Shown here one piece after another: positions 8,046 to 17,414 of a stretch of DNA of 64,000 nt. Positions within the stretch are counted from its first letter, which is position 1. Every line of letters begins with the position of its first letter. The notes under the pieces were generated by a model. The model did not search any database, was not told where the DNA came from, and was given only the letters and a program-made list of their open reading frames with translations. The stretch lies in contig CAVXKA010000002.1 in assembly GCA_963762255.1 (NCBI GenBank), positions 1,216,001 to 1,280,000 of the forward strand, read 5' to 3'. The position numbers and the translations under genes were made by a program. The DNA is from Candidatus Eiseniibacteriota bacterium (GTDB taxonomy: Bacteria; Eisenbacteria; RBG-16-71-46; JABDJR01).

Positions 8046-10616
8046 CTACTTCATCAACGACATCCGGGTGGTCTTCACGACGTTGCCGGCCACCAGGCGG
8101 CAGAAATAGACGCCCGGGGTGACCCGGCGGCCTGATTCGTCCACGCCTTCCCAGCTCACGGAATGCGTGCCCTCAGCCTCCTGGCCCTCGACAAGGCGGC
8201 GGACATGGCGTCCGGCGATATCGAAGATATCAACCGTCACAGGACCGGCGGCGGCCAACCTGTAGGTGATCCTCGTGGCGGGGTTGAGCGGGTTCGGAGC
8301 GGCCTGCAGGAGCACCTGCTTGAGCATCGGTGCGGTGACCAACGCACTTTCGAACAGAAGGTACCTGCCGGTCTCGTCCTGAACGTCCACGCGATAGCGG
8401 TACTGGGCGCCCGGAACCGTTGTGTTGTCGATCGCCTTGTACGACATGCGTCCGTTGACGGCGATCTCGGCATCCACGGCCTCGTATTCACCGGCACCGC
8501 CTGCCTGCCGGCTCACCGCGAATACTTGCCGATCCGACACTTCCGAGAGCGACCACGACACGGCAATCCCGCCTTCCAGGGCGTAGACCTGGTAGGAGGC
8601 AAGCATCGTAGGAACCGGGCCACCGGGGGCGAGGGTCAGCCTTGCCACCGTGTCCACGCCGGAACTCGACACCGTGTTCTCACCCGAATCCCTCACCCCA
8701 ATCATGCCCGTCCAGGACGAACCGCCATCCAGGCTCGAGAACATGTCCAACATGTTCTCTGCGATCCCATTCAGTTCGGACTCGTCGTAGTGGAAGACCA
8801 TCGCGGCATCGAGGCCGGTGTTGTTGGCCGGCGTGACGTCGAAGTACCGCGTGATGGAGGACATGCCGTCGACCGACAACGCGGTGCCGGTCGTGCGAAC
8901 GACCTCGGTGGCTCCCGGAGCGCCGCCGGCGGCATTAAGCTCGAACCCGATGTTCCCGAACGCCTCATCCACCCCCTGGGCAACCGTGCGCGTCGCCTTC
9001 ACCGTTCCCAGGACCGACAGACCGGCCTCCTCGTCCAGGGTCGCCGTCGGCGCCAGGGTTACCGCGTAGGCCCCTGTCGTAAGGGCGCTACCGGAGATCT
9101 CACAGGCGCCGTTGACCGTTACGTCCGCCCCCAGCGTCACCCCCTGCGTCCCTGTGACCGTCAGATCGGCCAGGACTCCGGAGGCGGTTGGCAGCTCCGG
9201 ACCCGTCGTCACCGAGGCCGCCGTGCTCGTGTAGCGAACGTCGACCATCCCCGCGAATGCCGGGACCGTGGTCAACGCCCCCGTCGCCCGGGTCACCGTC
9301 ACCCCGTCGGCCAGGGTCAACGCCACGTCCGGATCGCTGCTGTCGATCCCTCCGCTGGTCAGCCGCAACGAGGTCCCCACCGTCAGCGTCCGCGCCGCAT
9401 CCGACGAGATCACCAGGTTCGCGCTGTTGTTCGTCTCCAGCTCCCCGGCCACCACCCGGTTGCCGCCCAGGGCCCAGAGCTTGTTGACCCCGGATGCATA
9501 GCTGAGCTCGAGATTGAAGTAGTCCATGTCGACCACGGTCTGATCGCTGCTGTTGCGGCTGTATCGAAACGTCCCCTGGTTCACGGCCATGGCCGGATAG
9601 ACGGGCACGGAGCTGTTCGCATCGACGGTCCCACCCGTCAAGAGAGCGATCTGGGTGGGGGTCGTCGGGTTGGCGTACCAGAAGTTGGTGGTTAGCGAAT
9701 TGACGAGGGTGCCCCCGTCCTTCACGGTCACCGTCCCGGGATTGAAGCAGGCGGCGCCCATGTTCCCGCCCACCGAGTAGTACGGGATCCTGAGCGTTCC
9801 GCCGTCCTCAACGTCGACGTTGGTGAAGTTGACGCGGTTGGTGGTCGAGCAGGCCAGGCGAGCCTCGCCATAGACCGTCAACTTGCCGAGCTTTGCGGTC
9901 TCGTCGCCCGTGAAGTTGCCGCGACGGATGTGGGAGGTCGAGCCCAGCATGTCGAAGACGCCGTTCGTCTGGACGACGATGGTCGGCGTGGTCGCGGTAC
10001 CCGCGGTGTTACGGCCCTCGATGTCGTCGCTCCGGCCCATTTCGAACGTGCCGTTCACGATCTCCAGGCTCGTCCCGATGCCGAGCTTGTAGTTCGGCTC
10101 GGTTCCGGAGACGGGGTTGGTCGTGAACTTCCCAGCGGACTTGTCGATGACGATCTCCTGGAGACGGAACGGGTAGGGGGTAGAGCTCGTGGTGCCGAGA
10201 TTGCTGATCGTCTGCACAGCGGCATCCCCGGTGAACACCAGCTTCGCCCCGGCCTGCCACAGGTTGCTCCCGGAGTAGAACGGGTTCACCGAGGTGTCGA
10301 AGCGGTTGAAGTTGCCGTAGATGTACAGGCTGACTTGCAGGCCCAGGCGTCCCGCGGCATCGGAGAAGGAGAGATCCCGGCAGCGGGCGACCGCGTCCAC
10401 GGTAACGGTGTGCCCGATGCCGATGACGACGTCGTCCGTCGAGTCTGGAACCACGCCGCCCGTCCAGGTCCCTGGATCGCTCCAGTTGCCGCTGGCCGCG
10501 GATTGAATGGTGGACATCGGTGCAGCGTCTGCGACCGAGTCGATCCGCGCTGCGGCACCATACAGAACAACGAACGCCACCACCATGAGGATGATGGGCC
10601 AACGTACGTCTCTCAT
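8046..10616 (-). CDS. Secreted shared-core protein with extra Ig/Fn3-like module and FlgD-type CTD (paralog B)
   Basis: Start moved to ATG 10616 (GGAGG RBS, signal peptide MRDVRWPIILMVVAFVV). Core is homologous to its neighbours, with a PVPTMLAS...YRYRV module before the CTD. Confidence 0.8.
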   Translation of the reverse strand: MRDVRWPIILMVVAFVVLYGAAARIDSVADAAPMSTIQSAASGNWSDPGTWTGGVVPDSTDDVVIGIGHTVTVDAVARCRDLSFSDAAGRLGLQVSLYIYGNFNRFDTSVNPFYSGSNLWQAGAKLVFTGDAAVQTISNLGTTSSTPYPFRLQEIVIDKSAGKFTTNPVSGTEPNYKLGIGTSLEIVNGTFEMGRSDDIEGRNTAGTATTPTIVVQTNGVFDMLGSTSHIRRGNFTGDETAKLGKLTVYGEARLACSTTNRVNFTNVDVEDGGTLRIPYYSVGGNMGAACFNPGTVTVKDGGTLVNSLTTNFWYANPTTPTQIALLTGGTVDANSSVPVYPAMAVNQGTFRYSRNSSDQTVVDMDYFNLELSYASGVNKLWALGGNRVVAGELETNNSANLVISSDAARTLTVGTSLRLTSGGIDSSDPDVALTLADGVTVTRATGALTTVPAFAGMVDVRYTSTAASVTTGPELPTASGVLADLTVTGTQGVTLGADVTVNGACEISGSALTTGAYAVTLAPTATLDEEAGLSVLGTVKATRTVAQGVDEAFGNIGFELNAAGGAPGATEVVRTTGTALSVDGMSSITRYFDVTPANNTGLDAAMVFHYDESELNGIAENMLDMFSSLDGGSSWTGMIGVRDSGENTVSSSGVDTVARLTLAPGGPVPTMLASYQVYALEGGIAVSWSLSEVSDRQVFAVSRQAGGAGEYEAVDAEIAVNGRMSYKAIDNTTVPGAQYRYRVDVQDETGRYLLFESALVTAPMLKQVLLQAAPNPLNPATRITYRLAAAGPVTVDIFDIAGRHVRRLVEGQEAEGTHSVSWEGVDESGRRVTPGVYFCRLVAGNVVKTTRMSLMK

Positions 10617-10677
10617 CGTCGCCTCCCTGGGCTGTTGTTCGTGACCGCACCTTCGGGTCACAAGCGGTGTCGAAAAC

Positions 10678-13600
10678 CTACTTCAAGAGCGACATCTTGG
10701 CGGTCCGGACGACGTTGCCGGCGACCAGACGACAGAAATAGACACCCGGGGTGACCCGTTGCCCCGCGTCGTTGACGCCGGTCCAGGTCACCGCGTGTTG
10801 GGCCGCGCCGAGGACCCTGTCCTCAAGCGTGCGCACCTTGCGTCCGGTCACGTCGAACACCTCGACCGTGACCGGCATTGTTCCACTCAGCTCGAAGGTG
10901 ATCGTCGTGGACGGACTGAACGGGTTCGGATAGGCCCCCATGAGCCGCGTGATCCGCGGAAGCTCCGCCGGTTCCACTCCCACCACCGTCGCCGGGCCAA
11001 GGGTGAGGGTCTCGAGAGCGTCGATCCCCGAGACGGTGACCGCATTGCCGGACACGTCGACCGTCCCGCCGAGGTTCTCCTGGGCAATGCCCCCGCGGGT
11101 GATCGCGTACATCGCAAGCGCCACCTCGTCGATCCCGTTCAACTCCGACTCGTCGTAGTGGAATACCGCGGTGGCGCCGAGACCGGTGTTGACCGACGGG
11201 ACGACGTCAAAGTACCGCTCCATCCCCTCCGACCCCGCCAACGGCTTCGCCGTACCCGTCACCCGCAGCACCGTGGTCGTCCCCGGAGCCGCTCCCGCCG
11301 CGGTCATCTCCAACCCCAATCCTCCGAACGCCTCCGGCACCGACTGCCCCACCGTCCGCGTCGTCGTCGCCCTCCCCACGATCGTCGTCCCCGCCGACTC
11401 CACCAGAGTCGCGCTCGGACCCAGCGTCACGGTGTAGGCCCCGGTCACCAGGTCGCTCCCGGTGAGGCTGCACGTCCCGTTCACCGTCACCCCCGCCCCC
11501 AGCGTCACCCCCAGCGTTCCCAATACCGTCAGGTCCCGCAGCACGCCGGACCCCAGCGGCAACTCCGGACCCGTCGTCACCGAGGCCACCGTGCTCGTGT
11601 ACCGAACGTCCGCCACCCCCGCGAACGCCGGCGCCGTGCTCAGCGTCCCCGTCGCCCGGGTCACCGTCGCCCCGTCGGCCACGGTCAGCGCCACGTCGGC
11701 GTCGCTGTTGTCGATCGCCCCGCTCGTCAGCCGCAACGACGTCCCCACCGTCAGCGTCCGCGCCGCATCCGACGTCACCACCAGGTTCGCGCTGTTGTTC
11801 ACCTCCAGCTCACCGGACACCACGCGGCTCCCGCCCAACGCCCAGCGCTTGCTGGCGCCCGGGTCAAGACTGATCTCGAGGTCGCGGTAGTTCATGTCGA
11901 CCACGGTCTGGTCCGTCCCCGCGTCGCGCGAATAGCGGACCTTGCCGTTGTTGACGAAGGAGACCGGGAAGATCGTCGTCGCCGTCTTGCTTTCGAAGAG
12001 CCCGCCGCTGTTGAGCTGGAGGACCGCGGTCGCCGCCCAGGGATCGGCCGTCGTGTAGTTCGTCAGCGCCGCCCCGCTCTTGACCACCACGGTGCCGCAG
12101 TTGAACTGACCATCGCCCATGCCGACGCTGACTACCAGACTTCCTCCCGACTCGACGTCCATCCCGCTGAAGTTGATACCGTAGGTGCTTCCGTCCCGGA
12201 ACTGTGCTTCGCCGTACACGGTGAACTTGCCGATGGCCACGCCGACGCCGCTGCGGATGTGATGCGCCCCCGCGCCATCCACCATGGTCAAGATGCCGCC
12301 GGCCTCGATGGTCACGGTCGGCAACGCGGCGTTGGTGAAGGTCCCGCTCGACGCCCAGCGGCCTTCGATGTCGTCGCCTTCCTCCAGTTCGAGAGTGCCG
12401 TTCACGATCCGGAGGCTGTTCTGGATGCCCAACCGCATCTCGGTGCCGTCGGTTACGACCTTGCCGCCGCTCTTGTCGATGATGACGTCTCGCAGCGAGG
12501 TCGACCCGCCGGAGGTGTTCCATCCGGAAAGCGTCTGAACCGCGGCGCCCGCGAACTTGAGGTAGGCGTTGGTGGACGACCAGCCCGCGGAGAACGCGAC
12601 ATGGCTCGTACTCGCCAGCGTCATGTCCCCGAAGATCGTCAGCGTGCTGTTCGAGTTCATGTCGATGAGCGCATCGTTCGCCGCGAACGACAGGTTCATG
12701 CAGACGGCATTGTTGTTGTCGATGCTGACGGTGTGCCCGGACTGGATCTGGACGTGGTCGGTCGTATCGGGAACGACCCCGCCGACCCACGTCGAGCCGG
12801 TCGTCCAGGATCCGGACCGGGCGGAGACGAACGTGCTGCGAGTCGGCGCACCTTCCATGTGGATGTAGTAGCGCGGGGAATAGTCCGTCAGTTCGGAATA
12901 CGAGTAGGACTGGTAGCCCACACGCCATCCGGTGCTCGACCCCGCGGACTCGACGACGAGGACTTCGCCGCCGGGGAGGGTCCCGATGGCCATGCGGACA
13001 TGACCGTGCTTGTGCACGGCGTCCCCCACCTGCAGGTCATCCCAGGAGGTATAGGGAAGCGTGATGGGGCCGTACGCGGGATCGTCCATCATGTACGTGC
13101 TGTAGTCGATCGTCGTCTTCCAGCACCGGCAGACGAAACCGGAGCAATCGACGCCGCGGGCGTAGCTGCTGGAGCCGTCGGTGTGGATGTCCCCGGCGTA
13201 CTGGCCGGCCGCGATGCCGGCGTCGAACACGGCAAGGATGTCGGTTCCGCCCCACTTGTAGGGCACCTGCTGGTTGTAGCCGATCTGGATCCAGTCGGGG
13301 GTGAGCACGGAGTCCCCGTCCGCGGCCCGGACGACGCCGTTCGAGATGTTCTGCGCGGAACAGGTCCACACATGGTCGACGTAGGTGTCGCCGATGGAAT
13401 CCGCCTCGCTGCGCGTCACCAGTTGGAGCATGTCGGCGGGGGCGAATCCGGGCTCCTGGCATTCGGGCGTCTCGATGAAGTTGTAGTGGACGGGCGTGTC
13501 ATACGACGAGGGGTACGTTCCGTGAAAGGACACGCCCGGCTCGGGGATGTCCCACCTGAAGATATGGATGCCGTCTTCTGAGGAGATCATGTGGTAGAGG

Positions 13601-14337
13601 TCGCCGTCCGCCGCCAGCTCCATGTCGCGAAACACCAGGGAGTAGTAGTGAATGGGAATGGCGATCCTGCCCTGGATGTCGCCGCTCTCGCTGACAACCC
13701 AGATCTCCCTCCGCACGCGCAAGGGCGCGACCTGCTCGACGAGATCCACGTCGAGGAACAGACGACGGCGGGCGTCTGCGCCGATGACGCCGATGCAACC
13801 GAGATTGCCGGTCGGCACCGGCAGAGCCATCCGCGCCGACTCCTCGCCCGACCCATCGCGGACGACCACCTCAGCCAAGCGAGGAGATCGCTTCCATGCC
13901 TCGTAGGTCAGGTCCCCCGTCTTCGCCGCCATTGCCGCCCCCGCGGTCACCGGTCCCACGAGAGTGCCTTCTTGAAACTGCAGGAGCTGGTTGCCGGCCA
14001 GGCAGATGTACTCGGCTCCCGATCGCACAACGAAATCCCGGCCGGAAGACGGAGCTGGGAGGGACCGGCTCAGGGAGCTGTTCTGGTAGACCTTGATTGC
14101 ATGGTTAAGAGGGTCCAGCACAAAGATCGACTGGTCGTTCGCGTCGACGCGAAAGCTCTGCGGCCCATAGCGACAGTCCGGCTGGAGCTCATATCGCACC
14201 TGGGTGTCCGGATCTTCCCCCGCGGGTATGCGGAGCACCTCGGTCGGAGAGAGCCGTTGAGACGCCATCGATACGCCTGGAAGCAATAGCAGCAGCAGGG
14301 ACGACATCGCCGACAGGGTGCACTTCATGAGGAACAT
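10678..14337 (-). CDS. Secreted protein: propeller-like N-terminus + NlpC/P60 cysteine peptidase + shared core + FlgD-type CTD (paralog C)
   Basis: Signal peptide; VPYKWGG, GVDCSGFV (Cys), GDAVHKHGHV (His), LVVES (Glu); shared core and CTD as in its neighbours. Confidence 0.8.
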   Translation of the reverse strand: MFLMKCTLSAMSSLLLLLLPGVSMASQRLSPTEVLRIPAGEDPDTQVRYELQPDCRYGPQSFRVDANDQSIFVLDPLNHAIKVYQNSSLSRSLPAPSSGRDFVVRSGAEYICLAGNQLLQFQEGTLVGPVTAGAAMAAKTGDLTYEAWKRSPRLAEVVVRDGSGEESARMALPVPTGNLGCIGVIGADARRRLFLDVDLVEQVAPLRVRREIWVVSESGDIQGRIAIPIHYYSLVFRDMELAADGDLYHMISSEDGIHIFRWDIPEPGVSFHGTYPSSYDTPVHYNFIETPECQEPGFAPADMLQLVTRSEADSIGDTYVDHVWTCSAQNISNGVVRAADGDSVLTPDWIQIGYNQQVPYKWGGTDILAVFDAGIAAGQYAGDIHTDGSSSYARGVDCSGFVCRCWKTTIDYSTYMMDDPAYGPITLPYTSWDDLQVGDAVHKHGHVRMAIGTLPGGEVLVVESAGSSTGWRVGYQSYSYSELTDYSPRYYIHMEGAPTRSTFVSARSGSWTTGSTWVGGVVPDTTDHVQIQSGHTVSIDNNNAVCMNLSFAANDALIDMNSNSTLTIFGDMTLASTSHVAFSAGWSSTNAYLKFAGAAVQTLSGWNTSGGSTSLRDVIIDKSGGKVVTDGTEMRLGIQNSLRIVNGTLELEEGDDIEGRWASSGTFTNAALPTVTIEAGGILTMVDGAGAHHIRSGVGVAIGKFTVYGEAQFRDGSTYGINFSGMDVESGGSLVVSVGMGDGQFNCGTVVVKSGAALTNYTTADPWAATAVLQLNSGGLFESKTATTIFPVSFVNNGKVRYSRDAGTDQTVVDMNYRDLEISLDPGASKRWALGGSRVVSGELEVNNSANLVVTSDAARTLTVGTSLRLTSGAIDNSDADVALTVADGATVTRATGTLSTAPAFAGVADVRYTSTVASVTTGPELPLGSGVLRDLTVLGTLGVTLGAGVTVNGTCSLTGSDLVTGAYTVTLGPSATLVESAGTTIVGRATTTRTVGQSVPEAFGGLGLEMTAAGAAPGTTTVLRVTGTAKPLAGSEGMERYFDVVPSVNTGLGATAVFHYDESELNGIDEVALAMYAITRGGIAQENLGGTVDVSGNAVTVSGIDALETLTLGPATVVGVEPAELPRITRLMGAYPNPFSPSTTITFELSGTMPVTVEVFDVTGRKVRTLEDRVLGAAQHAVTWTGVNDAGQRVTPGVYFCRLVAGNVVRTAKMSLLK
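10984..11816. repeat. ~833-bp near-identical direct repeat, copy 2 (in paralog C)
   Basis: Matches 5066-5898. Confidence 0.9.
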
Positions 14338-14369
14338 GCGCTGGTGTTCTTTCCATCACCCTTGGCAGT

Positions 14370-14489
14370 CCGTCCCCTCCTCCAACGGGGAGGGGACGGC
14401 CCAGGGTGGGTGCCGGGGCGCCGAAACCGGCGCCCGTGTTCCTGCTGCATCTCGCCGAGGCCCGGCCGGCAGGGCCGACCGGCCTCGGC
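14370..14489. other. Intergenic GC-rich hairpin cluster between paralogs D and C
   Basis: CCGTCCCCTCC-N8-GGAGGGGACGG (14370-14399) and GCCGAGGCC...GGCCTCGGC (about 14454-14489); no clear U-tract. Confidence 0.5.
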
Positions 14490-14496
14490 CGGGTCT

Positions 14497-17040
14497 CTAT
14501 CTCAGTACGGAGAGCCTGCTGGTCTGGACGACCTTGCCGGCGATGAGGCGGCAGAAGTACACGCCCGTCGCCACACGTTGCCCGCCGTCATCCACCCCGC
14601 TCCATCTCACCTCGTGGCGGGTCGCCCCCATCATCCCGTCCTGCAACGTGCGCACCTTCCGCCCTGCCACGTCGTATACCACGATCGTTACCCGCTCCGG
14701 CTGGCTCAACTCGAACGCGATCGTCGTCGCCGATCTCAACGGGTTCGGATACGCCGCGATCAACCGCGTCACCCGAGGTGTCACCTCCGGCCCCGCGTCC
14801 GTCAACGTCCCCGGACCCAGCGTCAGCGTCTCCAACCGACCGATCCCCGACACCGTCACCGTGTTCCCAGACACGTCCCCCGTCCCGCCCAGGGTATGCC
14901 ACTCCAGCCCGCCGTTCTCGATCGAGTACAGCGTCAGCGCCGCCTCGTCGATCCCGTTCACCTCCGACTCGTCGTAGTGGAACACCGCGGTGGCGTTGAG
15001 ACCGGTGTTGACAGTCGGGGCGATGTCGAAGTATCGCTCGATCCCCTCCGACCCCGCGAGTCGTCTTGCCGTACCGGTCACCCGAAGCACTGTCGTGGCT
15101 CCGGGCGCCGCACCCGCCGCGGTCAGATCCAGGCCGAGGCCGCCGAACGTCTGCGGCACGAACTGGCTGACCGTCCGCGTCGTTATCGCCCTCCCCAGGA
15201 TCGTCGTCCCCGCCGACTCCACGAGGGTCGCGCTCGGGCCGAGGGTGACCGTGTGGCTCCCGGTCTCGAGGTCGCTGCCCGAGATCGTGCAGGTGCCGTT
15301 GACCGTCACGCCCGCCCCCAGCGTCACCCCCAGCGTTCCGGACACCATCAGGTTCGACAGCACTCCCGATCCCGTCGGGAGCTCCGGACCCGTCGTGACC
15401 ACGCTCAACGTGCTGATGTAGTCCACGTCCACCGTGCCGGCGAAGACAGGCGCCGCGAGCAGGGCACCCGAGCCGCGGCGGATGATCGCCCCGCTGGCGA
15501 GGGTGAGGGTGAGGTTGTCGGCCGCTCCGTTGTCGTCGAGGTCGCCGTTGGACAGGGTCAGCTCGCCGTGGACGTGGGCATTGGCCCCGAGCGTGACCGT
15601 CTGCCCCGTCGACCAGATCTGGAGATCCCGCAGAATCCCGATCGCAGTCGGCAGCTCCGGACCCGTCGTGACCGACGCGACGGTGCTGAGATAGCGCGCG
15701 TCGACCACACCCTCGAACACAGGTGCGTTACTCAGCGTCCCCGTCGCGCGGTTCACCGTCACCCCGTTCGCCAGGGTCAGCGCCACCTCCGGATCGCTGT
15801 TGTTGATCCCTCCGCTGGTCAGCCGCAACGACGTGCCCACCGTCACCGACCGAGCCACATCCGAGGAGATCACCAGGTTCGCCGTGTTGTTCACCTCCAG
15901 CTCACCGGACACCACCCGGTTGGCGCCCAGGGTCCAATTCTTGTTGAATCCGGTCGTGAAGCTGAGCTCGAGGTCGTAGTAGTTCATGTCGTAGACGGTC
16001 TGATCGCTGGTATCGCGGCTGTACCGGAATCTCCCCTGATTCACCGAGACGCTCGGGTAGACTGGCGCGGTCGCGGTCGCATCGACGGTTCCTCCCGTCA
16101 GCACGGCAAGCTGGCTGGGGGTCGTCGCGTTGACGTACCAGATATCCGTGTTCAGCGAGTTGTTGAACTCACCGCCGTCCTTAACGGTCACGGTCCCGGG
16201 GTTGAGACGATTGGAGCCCATGCTCCCCCCCGCCGAGTAGTACACGATCCTGAGCTCCCCGCCGCTCTCGATATCGATGTCCGTGAAGTTGACCCGGTTG
16301 CTGCTCGTGCTGGCCAGCCGGGCTACTCCGTGGACCGTCAGCTTGCCGATCTTGGAGGTCTCCTCACCCGTGAAGTTGCCGCGTCGGATGTGGGAGGTCG
16401 AGCCCAACATGGTGAAGCTGCCGTTCGCTTGGACGGTGATGGTCGGCGTGGTCGCCGTGCCCGAGGTGTTGCGGCCCTCGATATCGTCGATCCGGCCTAG
16501 CTCGAAGGTGCCGTTGATGATCTCCAGGCTCGTTCCGATCCCGAGCTTGTAGTCCGCCTCGGTTCCGGCCGCATTGGTCGTGAGCTTCCCCGCCCACTTG
16601 TCGATGACGACTTCCTGGAGCCGAAGCGGATAGGGCGAGGTGCTGGTGGTGCCAAGGTTGCTGATCGTCTGCACCGCGGCGCCGCCCGCGAACACCATCT
16701 TCGCCCCGTCCAGCCACAGGTTGGTCCCGCCATAGAACGGGTTCACCGAAGTGTCGAAACGGGAGAGGTTCCCGTAGATGTACAGATTGGCCTGCAGGCC
16801 CAAGCGCCCCGCGGCATCGCCGAAGGAAAGATCCTGGCATCGGGCGGCCGCGTTCACGGTGACGGTGTCTCCGACGTCGATCACGACGTTGTCCGTCGAA
16901 TCGGGGACAATCCCCCCAACCCAGGTCGATCCGTTGGACCACAATCCATTGCCCGTCGACGTGATCTGCGCACCGGCGCTTATCGGGACCGATGCGATCA
17001 GCAGGGCCAAGGCCATCGAGGCAAGTCTCGCACTCGTCAT
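14497..17040 (-). CDS. Secreted shared-core protein with internal ~91-aa duplication and FlgD-type CTD (paralog D)
   Basis: Start moved to ATG 17040 (MTSARLASMALALLIASVPISAGA signal peptide); the upstream ORF extension runs through promoter DNA. Two copies of the ...VTTGPELP... unit lie 273 nt apart. Confidence 0.8.
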   Translation of the reverse strand: MTSARLASMALALLIASVPISAGAQITSTGNGLWSNGSTWVGGIVPDSTDNVVIDVGDTVTVNAAARCQDLSFGDAAGRLGLQANLYIYGNLSRFDTSVNPFYGGTNLWLDGAKMVFAGGAAVQTISNLGTTSTSPYPLRLQEVVIDKWAGKLTTNAAGTEADYKLGIGTSLEIINGTFELGRIDDIEGRNTSGTATTPTITVQANGSFTMLGSTSHIRRGNFTGEETSKIGKLTVHGVARLASTSSNRVNFTDIDIESGGELRIVYYSAGGSMGSNRLNPGTVTVKDGGEFNNSLNTDIWYVNATTPSQLAVLTGGTVDATATAPVYPSVSVNQGRFRYSRDTSDQTVYDMNYYDLELSFTTGFNKNWTLGANRVVSGELEVNNTANLVISSDVARSVTVGTSLRLTSGGINNSDPEVALTLANGVTVNRATGTLSNAPVFEGVVDARYLSTVASVTTGPELPTAIGILRDLQIWSTGQTVTLGANAHVHGELTLSNGDLDDNGAADNLTLTLASGAIIRRGSGALLAAPVFAGTVDVDYISTLSVVTTGPELPTGSGVLSNLMVSGTLGVTLGAGVTVNGTCTISGSDLETGSHTVTLGPSATLVESAGTTILGRAITTRTVSQFVPQTFGGLGLDLTAAGAAPGATTVLRVTGTARRLAGSEGIERYFDIAPTVNTGLNATAVFHYDESEVNGIDEAALTLYSIENGGLEWHTLGGTGDVSGNTVTVSGIGRLETLTLGPGTLTDAGPEVTPRVTRLIAAYPNPLRSATTIAFELSQPERVTIVVYDVAGRKVRTLQDGMMGATRHEVRWSGVDDGGQRVATGVYFCRLIAGKVVQTSRLSVLR

Positions 17041-17216
17041 TGTCCACCCCCGCATGCTGTAGGTGCTCGTCGGATGCCCTGGAGACTGCGCCGCACCTTC
17101 GTGGGGCCTCGCAGATGACCCGAGCCGACTATCCCCAACCCACGCAAAGCGATCCCGGCGGGGTAGTCTCTCCCCGTCGCCGTGTCGCCCGGTAGGTTGC
17201 ACACTTTGTTGCCGTT

Positions 17217-17232
17217 TGCAAGGAGCGCGCCA
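17217..17232 (-). promoter_or_regulatory. sigma54 -24/-12 promoter for the paralog array
   Basis: Minus strand TGGCGC-GCTCC-TTGCA fits TGGCRC-N5-TTGCW. It lies about 180 bp upstream of ATG 17040, with an AT-rich tract further upstream. Confidence 0.7.
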
Positions 17233-17414
17233 CTCGTAGATTGCAGTGCCATAATAACATACCCGAACGAGAATTTCAAGGTTGTTACGCTTTGACACAC
17301 TCCCATTGGGCGTCTTCCGCACACCGTCGCAGCCGAGCCGGGTGTTGAATCTGCGGGGGGAGCGCCCTACGATGCTTGTGAACAAGGGTTGGCTCGGGGG
17401 TGAAAGGAGGATCC

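Noticed and set aside
5933-16500. Long plus-strand ORFs (5933-7936, 8163-9695, 10759-13581, 14344-16500)
   Set aside because: Antisense shadows of the four minus-strand paralogs in GC-rich DNA; Arg/His/Pro-rich with no recognisable motifs.
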